Source: Pannonibacter sp.
GTDB lineage: Bacteria > Pseudomonadota > Alphaproteobacteria > Rhizobiales > Stappiaceae
Length of the DNA stretch: 64,000 bases
Assembly: GCF_051860505.1 (NCBI RefSeq)
Contig: NZ_JBHYDX010000020.1
Location: 9,057 to 73,056, forward strand
Reading direction: 5' to 3'
The number at the start of each line of letters is the position of its first letter. Within the stretch, counting starts at the first letter, position 1. The position numbers and the translations under genes were made by a program. This document shows positions 1 through 9,876 of the stretch, in pieces. The notes below the pieces were generated by a model. That model ran no database searches. It was not told where the DNA came from and worked only from the letters and a program-made list of their open reading frames with translations.

Positions 1-3000
1 GGCGGCGCTGTCCGAAATACCAGGTGGCCGGATCCGGGGTCTTGTAGCCGGTGAGATTGAGAATGCCGACATCCACTGCGGCGAGGGTCAGGTAGGCCTT
101 TTCGCCAGCTTCCAGGTTGGCGATGCGCACGCTGGTCTCCAGCGTCGAGCGCGGAAGCAGTGTCGCCGGCGCGTCGATCTCGACGGCCAGCTTGCGATTG
201 CCTGGTTCGACTTGTGCCCAGGACAAGCCAAGGGCGCGCGCTGGCATGCGTTTGGCTTCCAGATCCATCGGTCGGTACAGGGTCGCGGTGACATAGGCAC
301 CCGTTCCCCAGTCCTCTGTAATCCTGACATCAATGCTGGCCTCTCCGGCCGTGACCGGCACGGCTTCACTCGACAGAAGGCCGCCGGAGAAGACATTCAC
401 GACGGCAATGCCATCGAACTGCGGCTTCATGCGCAGGACCGCTGTCTCGCCGGGACGATAGGCCGTCTTGTCGAGACCGACCTCAAGAACATCAGGCGTT
501 TCGGATGCTGCGTCGGCAACATACCAGCCGGCGGTGAATATCTCGCTGGTGACCGCCGGCTCCGCGCCGCCAAGAGCGACCTCAAGGCGGTACTCACCCC
601 ATTTGACCGGAACTGAGAGCTTTGCCGGGGCTTCAGCCGAGACATCGACCTTGCCGGTGCCGACCCGTTCGGAGGTGGTGACCGGCTCATAGGCCCAGTT
701 GCCATCGCTGCGGTACCATTGGTATCGCGTTTCGATCCGCGACAAGGTCCAGTTAAGGCTGGATGCGGCCTGGCGCACGCCTTCACCGTCAATGACGATA
801 ATCTCGAACTCGGCCGGGCCACCCTCGTCGACACCGTCGCTGAACAGCGGCTTGACGCCAACGCGCGGCGAACCAGGCAGGACTGGCAGTTCAATGCGAC
901 GTTCGACATAGCGACCGCCGGTTTCAACAAGGCGCGTGATCAGCGAGGCTGTGTAGAGACCGGAACTGGGAGATACCTGCGGAAGGTTGACGGCAAAACG
1001 CAGGGCGCCATCGTCATCCGTACGCAGACCTTCTGCAAGGGAATCGCGCGTCGGGTACAGGCCCTCGTCGGCAAGGCCGAACTTGAAGCCCGGATAGGCC
1101 GGGGCCGTGCGGGTCGGAGCGACGGTGATGTCGCCCTCCAGAACCTGGCCGGAGGCCGGCGCGCCATAGAGGAAACGCCCCTCAAGCGACACTTGAGCCG
1201 GCACACCGAATGCGAACGCCTTGGCATCTGTGAGAAGTTGGTAATCGACGCGTTCGGGCTGGTAATCCTCCAGAAGGAACGTCTTCTGCGCCAGTGGCGC
1301 GCCCTTCGGATCCAGGAAGACCTTCATCGACCAGACGCCCTGCTGGATGCCGGGAGCCAGTTCCAGATCATAGGCGTAACCGCCAAGACCGGCATCATTG
1401 ATCGTTGTCCGCAGATGCTCAACGCCATCGGGACGTTCAAAGACCAGGGTCAGCGGCAGGTCGGTCTGGGCATCCGCGCGGGCATTGCGCAAGAGCGCCT
1501 GGGCATGGACCGTTTCACCCGACTTGTAGATGCCTTTCTCGGTCCAGGCGAAGACATCGAGCGGGCCTGGGGCTTCGCGGCCCTCGACGCCCCGGTCGGA
1601 CAGGTCGAATGCCGGCTTGCGCAGGTCCAGGAAGGAGTAATCGCCGTCCTTTGTCTCGGCAACCACCAGCGCGGGCGCACGGCCCCCGCGCCCACGGGTC
1701 AGGCCCGGCGCGAAGGTGGCGAGTCCCTTGGCATCTGCAACGCCCTCGCCAAGGATCTCATTATTGACAGCAACGAGCCGCACCGCAACGCCGTCCAGCG
1801 CCTTGGCGGTCGACAGGGAGCGCAGCGAAGCCACCACACCGTCGGGGCCAGAATAGGCAGCAAGGCCAATGTCGGAGACAATGAACCACTGGGTGGCGCG
1901 GGCACCCCATTCATTCTGGGTGTCGAGCTTCGAGCGGGCCGTCATGGCGTAGACGCCCGGCTTGAGGTCGAGACCAATATCTTCCAGCGGGATGGCGGTG
2001 GTCACGTCGGCGTTGAGCGGGCTGGCGGTGGTCACAACGCCTGACCAGAGCTTTTCGCCCAGTTCATCGGCGAGCTGATCGCCCTGATAGGGGGCAAGCT
2101 GGCGCAGGAAGCGCTCGTCGCGGATAACATCGACCAGACCACGGTCGCCGACACGGAAGATTTCTGCCGATACTTCCGTGGTGTTGACGGAAACGATCGG
2201 AATGGTGGCATCCTTGCCTTTCGGCAAGACATAGGCACGACCGAGGAAGTTCACCGAGGGAGAACGATCGCGGACATAGAGCGTCAGCTCGGCCGACTTC
2301 TCAAGCTTCTCGCCGTCAGCGGACGGAACGCCCGAGCGAACGGTCACGCCGTAACGGGCACCATGACGCACGCCGGTCACGCAGAGCTGCGCGCCATCGG
2401 CGGCAACGGCCGTGCCCGGCTCCCCGGTCACGCGCACGAAGGGCGAGAGGTCCTCGCCGCGCGGCAATTCTTCTGAGAAGACAACGCAAATGCGCGGCTC
2501 GGCGGAATCGGCATCAACCTGGTGGTTGACCACCCGGAAGCCGTGCTCTGCGATCACCTGGTCATAGCGCTCGCGCAGCGCCGGGCTGTTGTTCAGGGTC
2601 AGCGCAAGGCGCAGGGCCTTGATGACCGGTTTCCAGTTTTCATTGGCGGAGAAGGCACTTGCAATGAGTTCAAGGGCCTTCAGCCGCCCACCTTCGCTCT
2701 GCGAGGTCAGATAGGCGTTGATGGCCGAGGACGTGCTGTTCTGCCGAAGCTCCGAGCGGCGGTTCCAGTCGTCCGGATTCTGGCCGAGTTGGGCGCTGGC
2801 AAGACCGGCCCAGGCGGCGGAATCAGCCGCGTCGAGACTGACGAGGCCGGCATAGTCGGTCTCGGCCTGCTCAAGGCGGCCAGCTGACAGAGCTTCGCCA
2901 GCGCGCTTGCGCAGCACGTTTGCACTTTCGGACGGCGTTCCAGTCAGTCGCGGCAACGACAGGGCATAGCGCTGCGCCTCATCGAGCGTGTATTTCGGCA

Positions 3001-3358
3001 CGAAGGCAAGGTCTGCCTTGCGCGTCGCCGTCACATTCACCTGTCTGACCTGGCTGGCCACAATCCGCCCGGCAATGGCGCCTCGGAAACTCTGGACTTC
3101 TCCTTGAGTGTTCTTCAGGAAACACCAACGGGCGGAGGTGTTGTAGGTGAAGGCCTGACACTGGGCGTCATCGATACAGGCCGCCTCGCAGGCCGGGAGG
3201 TCAATATCCTTCACCGTCCTGTAGTCGCCGCCGAAATAGTCGGCATCTGGGATCGTGACGATCTTGCGGTCGGCAGCCGCAAGCGGGCCAGCCAGCGCCA
3301 GCGAGAGAAAAGCCATGGCAAGGGGCGCGCGGGCAGCGCGAGCGAAACTCCACAGCAT
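1..3358 (-). CDS. alpha-2-macroglobulin family protein, N-terminal ~1119 codons (3' end runs off the window start)
   Basis: Absent from the ORF track because it has no in-window stop. Manual translation from the ATG at 3358 gives a signal peptide (MLWSFARAARAPLAMAFLSLALAGPLAAA). A Cys-patterned PAN/Apple-like module follows (CEAACIDDAQCQAFTYNTSARWCFLK). The frame then stays open to position 2, ending ...LNLTGYKTPDPATWYFGQRR, which is typical of bacterial A2M. The 441-aa + ORF 719..2044 is its antisense shadow. Confidence 0.8.
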   Translation of the reverse strand, partial: MLWSFARAARAPLAMAFLSLALAGPLAAADRKIVTIPDADYFGGDYRTVKDIDLPACEAACIDDAQCQAFTYNTSARWCFLKNTQGEVQSFRGAIAGRIVASQVRQVNVTATRKADLAFVPKYTLDEAQRYALSLPRLTGTPSESANVLRKRAGEALSAGRLEQAETDYAGLVSLDAADSAAWAGLASAQLGQNPDDWNRRSELRQNSTSSAINAYLTSQSEGGRLKALELIASAFSANENWKPVIKALRLALTLNNSPALRERYDQVIAEHGFRVVNHQVDADSAEPRICVVFSEELPRGEDLSPFVRVTGEPGTAVAADGAQLCVTGVRHGARYGVTVRSGVPSADGEKLEKSAELTLYVRDRSPSVNFLGRAYVLPKGKDATIPIVSVNTTEVSAEIFRVGDRGLVDVIRDERFLRQLAPYQGDQLADELGEKLWSGVVTTASPLNADVTTAIPLEDIGLDLKPGVYAMTARSKLDTQNEWGARATQWFIVSDIGLAAYSGPDGVVASLRSLSTAKALDGVAVRLVAVNNEILGEGVADAKGLATFAPGLTRGRGGRAPALVVAETKDGDYSFLDLRKPAFDLSDRGVEGREAPGPLDVFAWTEKGIYKSGETVHAQALLRNARADAQTDLPLTLVFERPDGVEHLRTTINDAGLGGYAYDLELAPGIQQGVWSMKVFLDPKGAPLAQKTFLLEDYQPERVDYQLLTDAKAFAFGVPAQVSLEGRFLYGAPASGQVLEGDITVAPTRTAPAYPGFKFGLADEGLYPTRDSLAEGLRTDDDGALRFAVNLPQVSPSSGLYTASLITRLVETGGRYVERRIELPVLPGSPRVGVKPLFSDGVDEGGPAEFEIIVIDGEGVRQAASSLNWTLSRIETRYQWYRSDGNWAYEPVTTSERVGTGKVDVSAEAPAKLSVPVKWGEYRLEVALGGAEPAVTSEIFTAGWYVADAASETPDVLEVGLDKTAYRPGETAVLRMKPQFDGIAVVNVFSGGLLSSEAVPVTAGEASIDVRITEDWGTGAYVTATLYRPMDLEAKRMPARALGLSWAQVEPGNRKLAVEIDAPATLLPRSTLETSVRIANLEAGEKAYLTLAAVDVGILNLTGYKTPDPATWYFGQRR

Positions 3359-3531
3359 GATCGTCCTCCGGGGCGGCGATTCAGGGCGTGCCGCCTGTTG
3401 TTCAGGCAAAAATTCGAAACGCAAACGATGCCACGGGAAATTGTGGCAAATGCTCATGACAATACGATGGGAGCATCGCGGGCGGCGGGGCATCCGTCAA
3501 GCGCGATAGCGGCAACTGGAGCAGGCGAAGG

Positions 3532-4185
3532 TTAACCGGCCGGGTTCAGGTGCCGGCGCAAGGCTGCAACGAGAGCCAGCACCTCGCTTGCTGCCTTGCC
3601 GCGCGGATCGGTTTCAAGTGCCGTCAGCCCCTGCCCCATCGAGGCGGCAAAGGCCGTGCGGTTGCCCAGAACCGGATCCAGCCGGGCGAAGCCGGATGAG
3701 GCAATGGCCTCACTGACATCGCCGGTGAGCGCGGCCCGTGGCGGAACCCGGTTGAGCACCAGGACGGCCGCCTTGTCCTCGCGCCGTGCCATTTCGAAAG
3801 TCTGGCCGGTCGCCCAAAGATCTACGAGCGTTGGCTGCACCGGAACAATCACCAGATCGGCGGCATCGATCGCGGGACGGGCATCGACATCGGTCTTGGG
3901 CGGGGTGTCGATGAGAACGAAATCATGGTCGCGGGCGAGGCCTCGCGCCTCGCGCCGGGCGCCCCAGCCGCTGGCGGTGCGCAAGGTCAGGCCGGTTGCC
4001 GCCTCGCCAAGCCGCGCCTCGCGCGCCTCATACCAGGTGCCGAGCGAGCCCTGCGGGTCGACATCGAGAATGGCAATGCGCAGGCGCGGATCGGCATGCG
4101 CCAGACCGAGCGCCAGATGGGTCGTGACTGTAGTCTTGCCCGAGCCACCCTTCTGCTGGGCAATCGTGAGGATCGTTCCGGTCAT
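3532..4185 (-). CDS. ParA/MinD-family P-loop ATPase (orphan ParA-like)
   Basis: 217 aa. Deviant Walker A at the N-terminus (IAQQKGGSGKTTV) and an ILDVDPQGS motif. No parB-like partner is adjacent. Confidence 0.8.
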   Translation of the reverse strand: MTGTILTIAQQKGGSGKTTVTTHLALGLAHADPRLRIAILDVDPQGSLGTWYEAREARLGEAATGLTLRTASGWGARREARGLARDHDFVLIDTPPKTDVDARPAIDAADLVIVPVQPTLVDLWATGQTFEMARREDKAAVLVLNRVPPRAALTGDVSEAIASSGFARLDPVLGNRTAFAASMGQGLTALETDPRGKAASEVLALVAALRRHLNPAG

Positions 4186-4255
4186 CCGCTACTCCCGACC
4201 GGCGCGGCTCTCCTCCAGCCACACCCGTGAACCTGACACGCCCTGCCCGTTTGGA

Positions 4256-5464
4256 TCAGTCGCCCCCCAGCGCCTGATAGATGCGGTAGCCCGGACGACC
4301 GGTCGGCTGCAAGCCATAGTTTGCCTCGGCCCGCTTGATTGCTTCCCGCGTCGCAGGACCGACGCGTCCGTCGATCTCGTCGTTGTAAAAGCCTTTTTCC
4401 GCAAGCCGCTTCTGCAGGTTGAGCCGCTGCGCCCGTGACAGGCCCGGATCCTCGGTCGGCCAGGCCGCCTTGAACGGTTCACCGCCGGATATCAGCTGTG
4501 ACAGCAGCGCGATTGCCAGACCATAGGATTGCGAAGCGTTGTAGGAAAACAGGGCGTCGAAATTGCGCGTGACCAGAAAGGCGGGCCCCGCGTTTCCGGC
4601 CGGCAGGATCAGGCCGGCCTCCAGCCCCCCCGACAGCGACTTGCCATCCAGACGCACAAGGCCGCGTTTGGCCCAGGTCGCAAGGGTCGCCCGCTCCCGG
4701 CGCCCGACGGGGCCCTTGTAGCCGTTCGGCAACTTGACCTCATAGCCCCAGGGGCGGCCCTTTTCCCAGCCAGCGTCCTTAAGGAAATTCGCGGTTGAGG
4801 CCAGCGCGTCGGCTGTGGTGTCGACCAGATCCTTGCGTCCGTCGCGATCAAAGTCGACGGCAAGGCGCAGATAGGTAGTGGGCATGAATTGCGTCTGCCC
4901 GAAGGCCCCGGCCCAGGAGCCCTGGAATTTGTCGACGGGAACGTCGCCGCGATTGGCGATGAGCAACGTCTTCATCAGTTCATCGCGAAAATAGTTGGCC
5001 CGCCGGCCACCGGCGCAGGCCAGGTTGGCAAGGGCATGAGGGGTATAGAAATCCCCCTTGGCCTTGCCGTAGTCACTTTCAATGCCCCAGACCGCGACGA
5101 CCACATGCCGTTCGACGCCAAAGGCCTTCTCGACCGCAGCCAGCGTCTTGGCGTGCTGCTTCAGCAGAGCCTCGCCATCCTTGATCCGCTGTTCGTCGAC
5201 CAGAAAGGCCATGTAGTCCCAGATGGGCGTCTCGTACTCTGGCTGGCTCGAGGAAAAGCGGATGACCCGCTCATCTGCCTTGGCGGTCGCCAGCATACGG
5301 GCGATGATATCGGGGCGAATGCCCTGAGCCTCTGCCTCACGGGACAGGCGCGCCACACAGGCTTCAATGGCCTGTGCAGGGCCGGCGTTCGTCAACAGGA
5401 CAGCCGCAGCCAGCAAAAGGCCTGCCCCCGTCTGCCGTGCGAGTGTCCACTTCCGAATCGTCAT
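4256..5464 (-). CDS. lytic murein transglycosylase (MltB/SLT_2-like) with C-terminal peptidoglycan-binding domain
   Basis: Start moved to the internal ATG at 5464, which gives a signal peptide (MTIRKWTLARQTGAGLLLAAAVLLTNAGPAQA). Core motifs are VWGIESDYG and GQTQFMP. The C-terminus (LQKRLAEKGFYNDEIDGRVGPATREAIKRAE) is PG_binding_1-like. Confidence 0.85.
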   Translation of the reverse strand: MTIRKWTLARQTGAGLLLAAAVLLTNAGPAQAIEACVARLSREAEAQGIRPDIIARMLATAKADERVIRFSSSQPEYETPIWDYMAFLVDEQRIKDGEALLKQHAKTLAAVEKAFGVERHVVVAVWGIESDYGKAKGDFYTPHALANLACAGGRRANYFRDELMKTLLIANRGDVPVDKFQGSWAGAFGQTQFMPTTYLRLAVDFDRDGRKDLVDTTADALASTANFLKDAGWEKGRPWGYEVKLPNGYKGPVGRRERATLATWAKRGLVRLDGKSLSGGLEAGLILPAGNAGPAFLVTRNFDALFSYNASQSYGLAIALLSQLISGGEPFKAAWPTEDPGLSRAQRLNLQKRLAEKGFYNDEIDGRVGPATREAIKRAEANYGLQPTGRPGYRIYQALGGD

Positions 5465-5566
5465 CGCCGCTTCTCCACTGGTCTTTCCACTATGCCGGAG
5501 CGGCAGCTGAAGGCCAACGGACAGGAGACGGCAGTCTCGCCGATTGCCGACAACGGTCAATGCAAA

Positions 5567-5599
5567 TGAAAAGGGCGCCACCGGTTCCGGCAGCGCCCT
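5567..5599 (-). terminator. rho-independent terminator downstream of the phn operon
   Basis: GC stem AGGGCGC/GCGCCCT. It is preceded by AAAA on the + strand, which is a U-tail on the - strand. It lies about 25 nt after the phnE stop. Confidence 0.55.
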
Positions 5600-5623
5600 C
5601 TTCAATCACAACACCCATGGGGA

Positions 5624-6958
5624 TCAGTTGCTGCCCTCGATCAGCTTGCGACGCAGCCAGCTCGACAGGCTGTCCATAGCGCTGACCAGGATCAGGGTCA
5701 GGATGATGATGTAGGCCACGTTCTCCCAGTCCCGGGAGGTTTTCATCGTCTCGACAAGAACCAGACCGATACCACCTGCCCCCAGCGCCCCGATCACCGT
5801 GGCCGAACGGGTGTTGGATTCCAGATAGTAAAGGCCCTGGGACAAGAGTACCGGAAGGATCTGCGGAATGACGCCGAAACGATAGGACTGCAACTGGTTC
5901 GCGCCTGTCGAGTTAACACCTTCAAGCTGCTTTCCGTCAATGTTCTCAAGTGCTTCGGAGAACATCTTGCCAAGCGTACCCATATCAGTGATGGCAATTG
6001 CCAGTGAACCGGTAAGCGGGCCGAGGCCGAAGGCGCGGATGAAGATCAGCGACCAGATCAGCGAGTCCACTGTACGGACAAAGTCGAACAATCGCCGCAC
6101 TGCAAACCGGACCGCCATGGAGGGCGTGAAGTTCCGAGCCGCAAGGAATGCCAGCGGGAGCGCCAGGATAAAGGCGGTCAAGGTGCCGAGGACGGCCATC
6201 AGCAGCGTTTCGAACAGGGCGACAGCAATGACCCCATGCTGCCAGTCCTGATTGCCCCAGAAAGTGCTCCACACAAGGCTTGCATTCGACTGCGCAGGAT
6301 CGAGACGGTCCGCCGAAAACACCAGGGACATGACTGCACCAGCGCTCATGCCGTGCAGGGGCGAATTGAACGGGAACCAGAAATTCTCCCACCCAAAGAA
6401 GTAACGATGCACTTCGATCTTCGACCTGGAGACCTGGACACGGCGATCAAACGTGGGACGCGCGTCGAATTTCTGTTCGTTTCCGGTAATCCACTCAGGC
6501 GTCGGTCCGGGCAATGTCACCTGAACCTTGTCGTCCACAACCGTCGCGATGATAAGGCCGTAGTCCGGGACGTTAAATTCGAGCGTCGGGCCGTCGATCT
6601 GGGCAAGGTATCCGTCCCCGAGATCAATGGTTGTCCGATTGCCCTCGATTGCAACCCACTCCGGGCTGGTGCCCTTCGCATAGGTGGCCGTGCGCTCGCC
6701 TTCGATTGCAATCGTCAAATCACCACGGCGCAGGTTCTGCTCGACATGGACCTTATGATAGATCGTGTCGACGCCGAGCAGTGCCGCGCGCTGCGGATCC
6801 GCGTTGCCGAGGATGGCTGATACATCGAATGCCATCCAGGCATAGGCGAGATAGGCAAGAACGAGCAGGGGAATGCCAACGGCCCGCATCATACGGTCGC
6901 GAATGGCGCGTTGGGCAAGCTCGAGATTGGATCCCGAAGGGAGGGTGGCGGCGGTCAT
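5624..6958 (-). CDS. phnE: phosphonate/phosphate ABC transporter permease (long PhnE, PhoT-like)
   Basis: 444 aa. The C-terminal half is a typical PhnE permease (FDFVRTVDSLIWSLIFIRAFGLGPLTG...EALENID...GANQLQSYRFGVIPQILP). The extra N-terminal ~170 aa look periplasmic. Confidence 0.85.
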   Translation of the reverse strand: MTAATLPSGSNLELAQRAIRDRMMRAVGIPLLVLAYLAYAWMAFDVSAILGNADPQRAALLGVDTIYHKVHVEQNLRRGDLTIAIEGERTATYAKGTSPEWVAIEGNRTTIDLGDGYLAQIDGPTLEFNVPDYGLIIATVVDDKVQVTLPGPTPEWITGNEQKFDARPTFDRRVQVSRSKIEVHRYFFGWENFWFPFNSPLHGMSAGAVMSLVFSADRLDPAQSNASLVWSTFWGNQDWQHGVIAVALFETLLMAVLGTLTAFILALPLAFLAARNFTPSMAVRFAVRRLFDFVRTVDSLIWSLIFIRAFGLGPLTGSLAIAITDMGTLGKMFSEALENIDGKQLEGVNSTGANQLQSYRFGVIPQILPVLLSQGLYYLESNTRSATVIGALGAGGIGLVLVETMKTSRDWENVAYIIILTLILVSAMDSLSSWLRRKLIEGSN

Positions 6959-6973
6959 TGTCCTGTGCTCCCG

Positions 6974-7822
6974 TCAGTGACGCGCTGCGCCGGTCAACCG
7001 GGCGCGCAGGTATGAGGACGTCTGGTCGATGATGATGATGGCCAGGAACAGCAGCAGGAACAGAGCCGCCGTGTCATCGCCAGCCCCCTGGCCCCAACCG
7101 ATGGACCGGCGCAGTTCCGAGCCGATGCCGCCGGCGCCGACGAAGCCAAGGATCGCCGAAGCACGCACGTTGATTTCAAGGCGGAGCAGAAAGTAGCTGA
7201 GATAGTTCGGCGCGACCTGCGGCAGGACCGCAAAACGGATGCGCTGGATCCAGCTGCCGCCGACCGCTTTCAAACCTTCAATCGGCTTGCGGTCGATGTT
7301 CTCGTTGACTTCCGAGAACAGCTTGCCGAGCGCACCCGCCGTGTGGAAGGCCACCGCGATCATGGCCGGGATCGGGCTTGAGCCAAGCAGGAAGATCAGA
7401 AAAAGCGCGATGACCAACTCGGGAAAGGCACGCATGACATCCATGACGCGGCGCGTCACCGGGATCAACGGAGGCCAGACATCCAGGTTGCGCGTGCTCG
7501 CAAAGGACAGGCCCATCGCAAGGAAGCCGCCAATGATCGTTGCGACGAACGCGATGTTGAGGGTCTCGATCAGGGCAGGGAAAAAATGCCACATCAGACC
7601 AAGCAGTCCGAAGAGCCCAAGATCCCATGCTTCGATCACGATCTCGGACGGATAGTCGAAGAACTTGGTGAGGCCGGTCAGGAAACTGCCTGAGTTGAGT
7701 TCATTTGCTTCGCTGTAGCCCCAGGCCATCATGGCGACGACGAGAAGCACAGCCCCAAACGAATACAACTGCCGTTGCCGGCGCATGGCGAGCACGCTGG
7801 TGCCAAGGTCGATCACGGCCAT
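6974..7822 (-). CDS. phnE: phosphonate/phosphate ABC transporter permease (PhnE, PhoE-like)
   Basis: PhnE-type permease motifs (MDVMRAFPELVIALFLIF, SEVNENID, GGSWIQRIRFAVLPQV). Start set at the internal ATG 7822 (MAVIDLG), which is preceded by an AGGAG RBS. The ORF-track start is 7873. Confidence 0.85.
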   Translation of the reverse strand: MAVIDLGTSVLAMRRQRQLYSFGAVLLVVAMMAWGYSEANELNSGSFLTGLTKFFDYPSEIVIEAWDLGLFGLLGLMWHFFPALIETLNIAFVATIIGGFLAMGLSFASTRNLDVWPPLIPVTRRVMDVMRAFPELVIALFLIFLLGSSPIPAMIAVAFHTAGALGKLFSEVNENIDRKPIEGLKAVGGSWIQRIRFAVLPQVAPNYLSYFLLRLEINVRASAILGFVGAGGIGSELRRSIGWGQGAGDDTAALFLLLFLAIIIIDQTSSYLRARLTGAARH

Positions 7823-7889
7823 TCCGAACTCCTGTTGAGAAAAGGCGGCCCCGGGTGAACCCGGAGCCGCCAAAGTCAGTCAGACGAAC

Positions 7890-8807
7890 TCAGTTGCCGG
7901 CAGCGCGGCGAACTTCGACGATGTTCTCATAAGCGGAGTGGTTGATCGGCTTGAGACCGAGCACTTCGCCAGCCATGAAGCTGTAGGCGCATTCCTTGTC
8001 CATGAAGCCGAGCGAGGCGAGCATGCCGGTGATGTCGACCTTGACGCGCTCCGGCAGGGCCTTGCGCAGAACGATCGGGCCTTCGACGATGATCGGGGAC
8101 TTCCAGATCTCGACGAGCTGGGTCATGTCGACCAGACCAGCGTCGGCAGCCTTGCGCAGGGCACCCGAGTTGTAGCCATCTTCCCATTCGCCAAGGCCAT
8201 CGGCCCAGGTGACGCTGGCCGGATAGTCGCCGTTGAACACGCCAACGATCGACTGCTCATGGCCACCCGAGGTGACGACTTCCGAGAAGAACTCGCCGTT
8301 CTTCGTGGAATAGCCAGCCTTGTTCAGCTCATAGCTCGGGATGAGGTAGCCCGAGGTGGAGTTCGGGTCACCAAGAGCAAACTTCTTGCCCTTCAGGTCG
8401 TCCAGCGACTTGATGCCGCTGTCAGCGCGGGCAAAGCCGATGGCATGATAGCCAAAGGTGCCATCGACGTTGACCTTGACGAGAACCGGCTCAACAGCTT
8501 CCGGATCGGTCAGGTAAACCTTGGCATAAGCAGAAGCGCCGAGCCAGGCCATGTCGAGGTTACCGCCGAGCAGGCCTTCGATCACGCCGTTGTAGTCGGC
8601 CGGAGCGAAGATCTTGGTCGGAACGCCGAGCAGCTCTTCGGTCTTGGCGCGAATGCACTCGTTGGAGCGCAGGCGGTCGGACGAGTTCTCACCGCCGAGG
8701 ATGCCGATGCGGAATTCGGTGATTTTTTCCTGAGCGAGAGCCGGGGTGGCCATCAGGGCGATCATGCTGACTGCGGCAGCGGACGCAATCTTCGAGAAAA
8801 GGGTCAT
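7890..8807 (-). CDS. phnD: phosphonate/phosphate ABC transporter substrate-binding protein
   Basis: 305 aa. Signal peptide MTLFSKIASAAAVSMIALMATPALA. PhnD-like motifs (FRIGILGGEN, LDMAWLGASAY, LGDPNSTSGYLIP). Confidence 0.85.
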   Translation of the reverse strand: MTLFSKIASAAAVSMIALMATPALAQEKITEFRIGILGGENSSDRLRSNECIRAKTEELLGVPTKIFAPADYNGVIEGLLGGNLDMAWLGASAYAKVYLTDPEAVEPVLVKVNVDGTFGYHAIGFARADSGIKSLDDLKGKKFALGDPNSTSGYLIPSYELNKAGYSTKNGEFFSEVVTSGGHEQSIVGVFNGDYPASVTWADGLGEWEDGYNSGALRKAADAGLVDMTQLVEIWKSPIIVEGPIVLRKALPERVKVDITGMLASLGFMDKECAYSFMAGEVLGLKPINHSAYENIVEVRRAAGN

Positions 8808-8859
8808 ATCCGGTTACTCCGAGGATAAAGACGAGTGATGACGGAAGGGGTGCAGCGGA

Positions 8860-9702
8860 TCAAACCGCCGCTGCCGCAGGGGTCATCTGCCCGGCGGAAA
8901 CTGAAGAAAGGTGCGGATGCGCTGCGGGCGCCTCCAGGGCGGTGGAAGTTGCAGCCTCGTTGAAGCTGTCATCCGCACCGTAGATCTCACGGGCAACATC
9001 CGTGGTCAGCGCTTCAGGAGCGCCGTCGAACACGATGTCCCCGTCCCGCATGCCGATCACGCGCTCGCAATAGCGGCGGGCGGTGTCGAGCGTATGGAGA
9101 TTGCAGATGACGATTTTGTTGTCGCGGTCGTGGATTTCGCGCAGGGCGTCCATAACGATCTGGGCATTCATCGGATCAAGCGAGGCGATCGGCTCGTCGG
9201 CGAGGACGAGTTGCGGCTCCTGGACCAGGGCGCGGGCGATGGCGACGCGCTGCTGCTGACCACCGGAGAGTTCTTCGGCGCGCTTGATGGCTTCCTGCGA
9301 AATGCCAAGGCGATCCAAAGCCATCAGAGCACGCTCGATGTCCTCCTTGCTGAAGACGTTGAACAGGCTTTTCAGGGTCGAGTGGCCATTGAGACGGCCG
9401 AGCATCACATTGGTGACTACGTCAAGACGCGGCACAAGGTTGAACTGCTGGAACACCATGGCGCAATCGCGCTGCCAGCGGCGCTTTTCAGCCCCGGTAA
9501 GGCTCAGCACGTCGCGGCCGTCGAACATGATCTTGCCGGCGGACGCAGGCGTCAGACGGTTGATCATACGCAAAAGCGTCGACTTGCCAGCACCGGACCG
9601 ACCAATGATGCCGACCATCTGCGGCTTGTCGATCGAAAAGGTGACGTTGTTGACGGCTGTGCGCGAGCCGAACTGCTTGGTTACGCCTTCAAAGGTGATC
9701 AC
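8860..9702 (-). CDS. phnC: phosphonate/phosphate ABC transporter ATP-binding protein
   Basis: 280 aa. Walker [10 protein letters not shown], signature LSGGQQQRV, Walker B LVLADEP. It is the first gene of the four-gene operon. Confidence 0.9.
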   Translation of the reverse strand: MITFEGVTKQFGSRTAVNNVTFSIDKPQMVGIIGRSGAGKSTLLRMINRLTPASAGKIMFDGRDVLSLTGAEKRRWQRDCAMVFQQFNLVPRLDVVTNVMLGRLNGHSTLKSLFNVFSKEDIERALMALDRLGISQEAIKRAEELSGGQQQRVAIARALVQEPQLVLADEPIASLDPMNAQIVMDALREIHDRDNKIVICNLHTLDTARRYCERVIGMRDGDIVFDGAPEALTTDVAREIYGADDSFNEAATSTALEAPAAHPHLSSVSAGQMTPAAAAV

Positions 9703-9753
9703 CGGACGCCCCGTTGTTTGTTCTCATCTTGAGCCGACAAGAGCCACGGGTTT

Positions 9754-9876
9754 GTTACAACTCGATGACAAATCCTTTGCAGAACCTAAATTGAAAATGA
9801 AGTTTCAGTGACAATGCAGCAGCGATCGTCATCTGCATTGAGACCAGATTGAAACTTCAATACAATCTCATGACAA
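9754..9876 (-). promoter_or_regulatory. three Pho-box-like direct-repeat elements upstream of phnC
   Basis: Read on the - strand: TTGTCAT-CGAG-TTGTAAC (9771..9754), TTGTCAC-TGAA-ACTTCAT (9814..9797) and TTGTCAT-GAGA-TTGTAT (9876..9860). Each is a 7-nt repeat with a 4-nt spacer, like the rhizobial PhoB consensus CTGTCAT-N4-CTGTCAT. The nearest box is about 52 nt from the phnC ATG. Confidence 0.6.
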
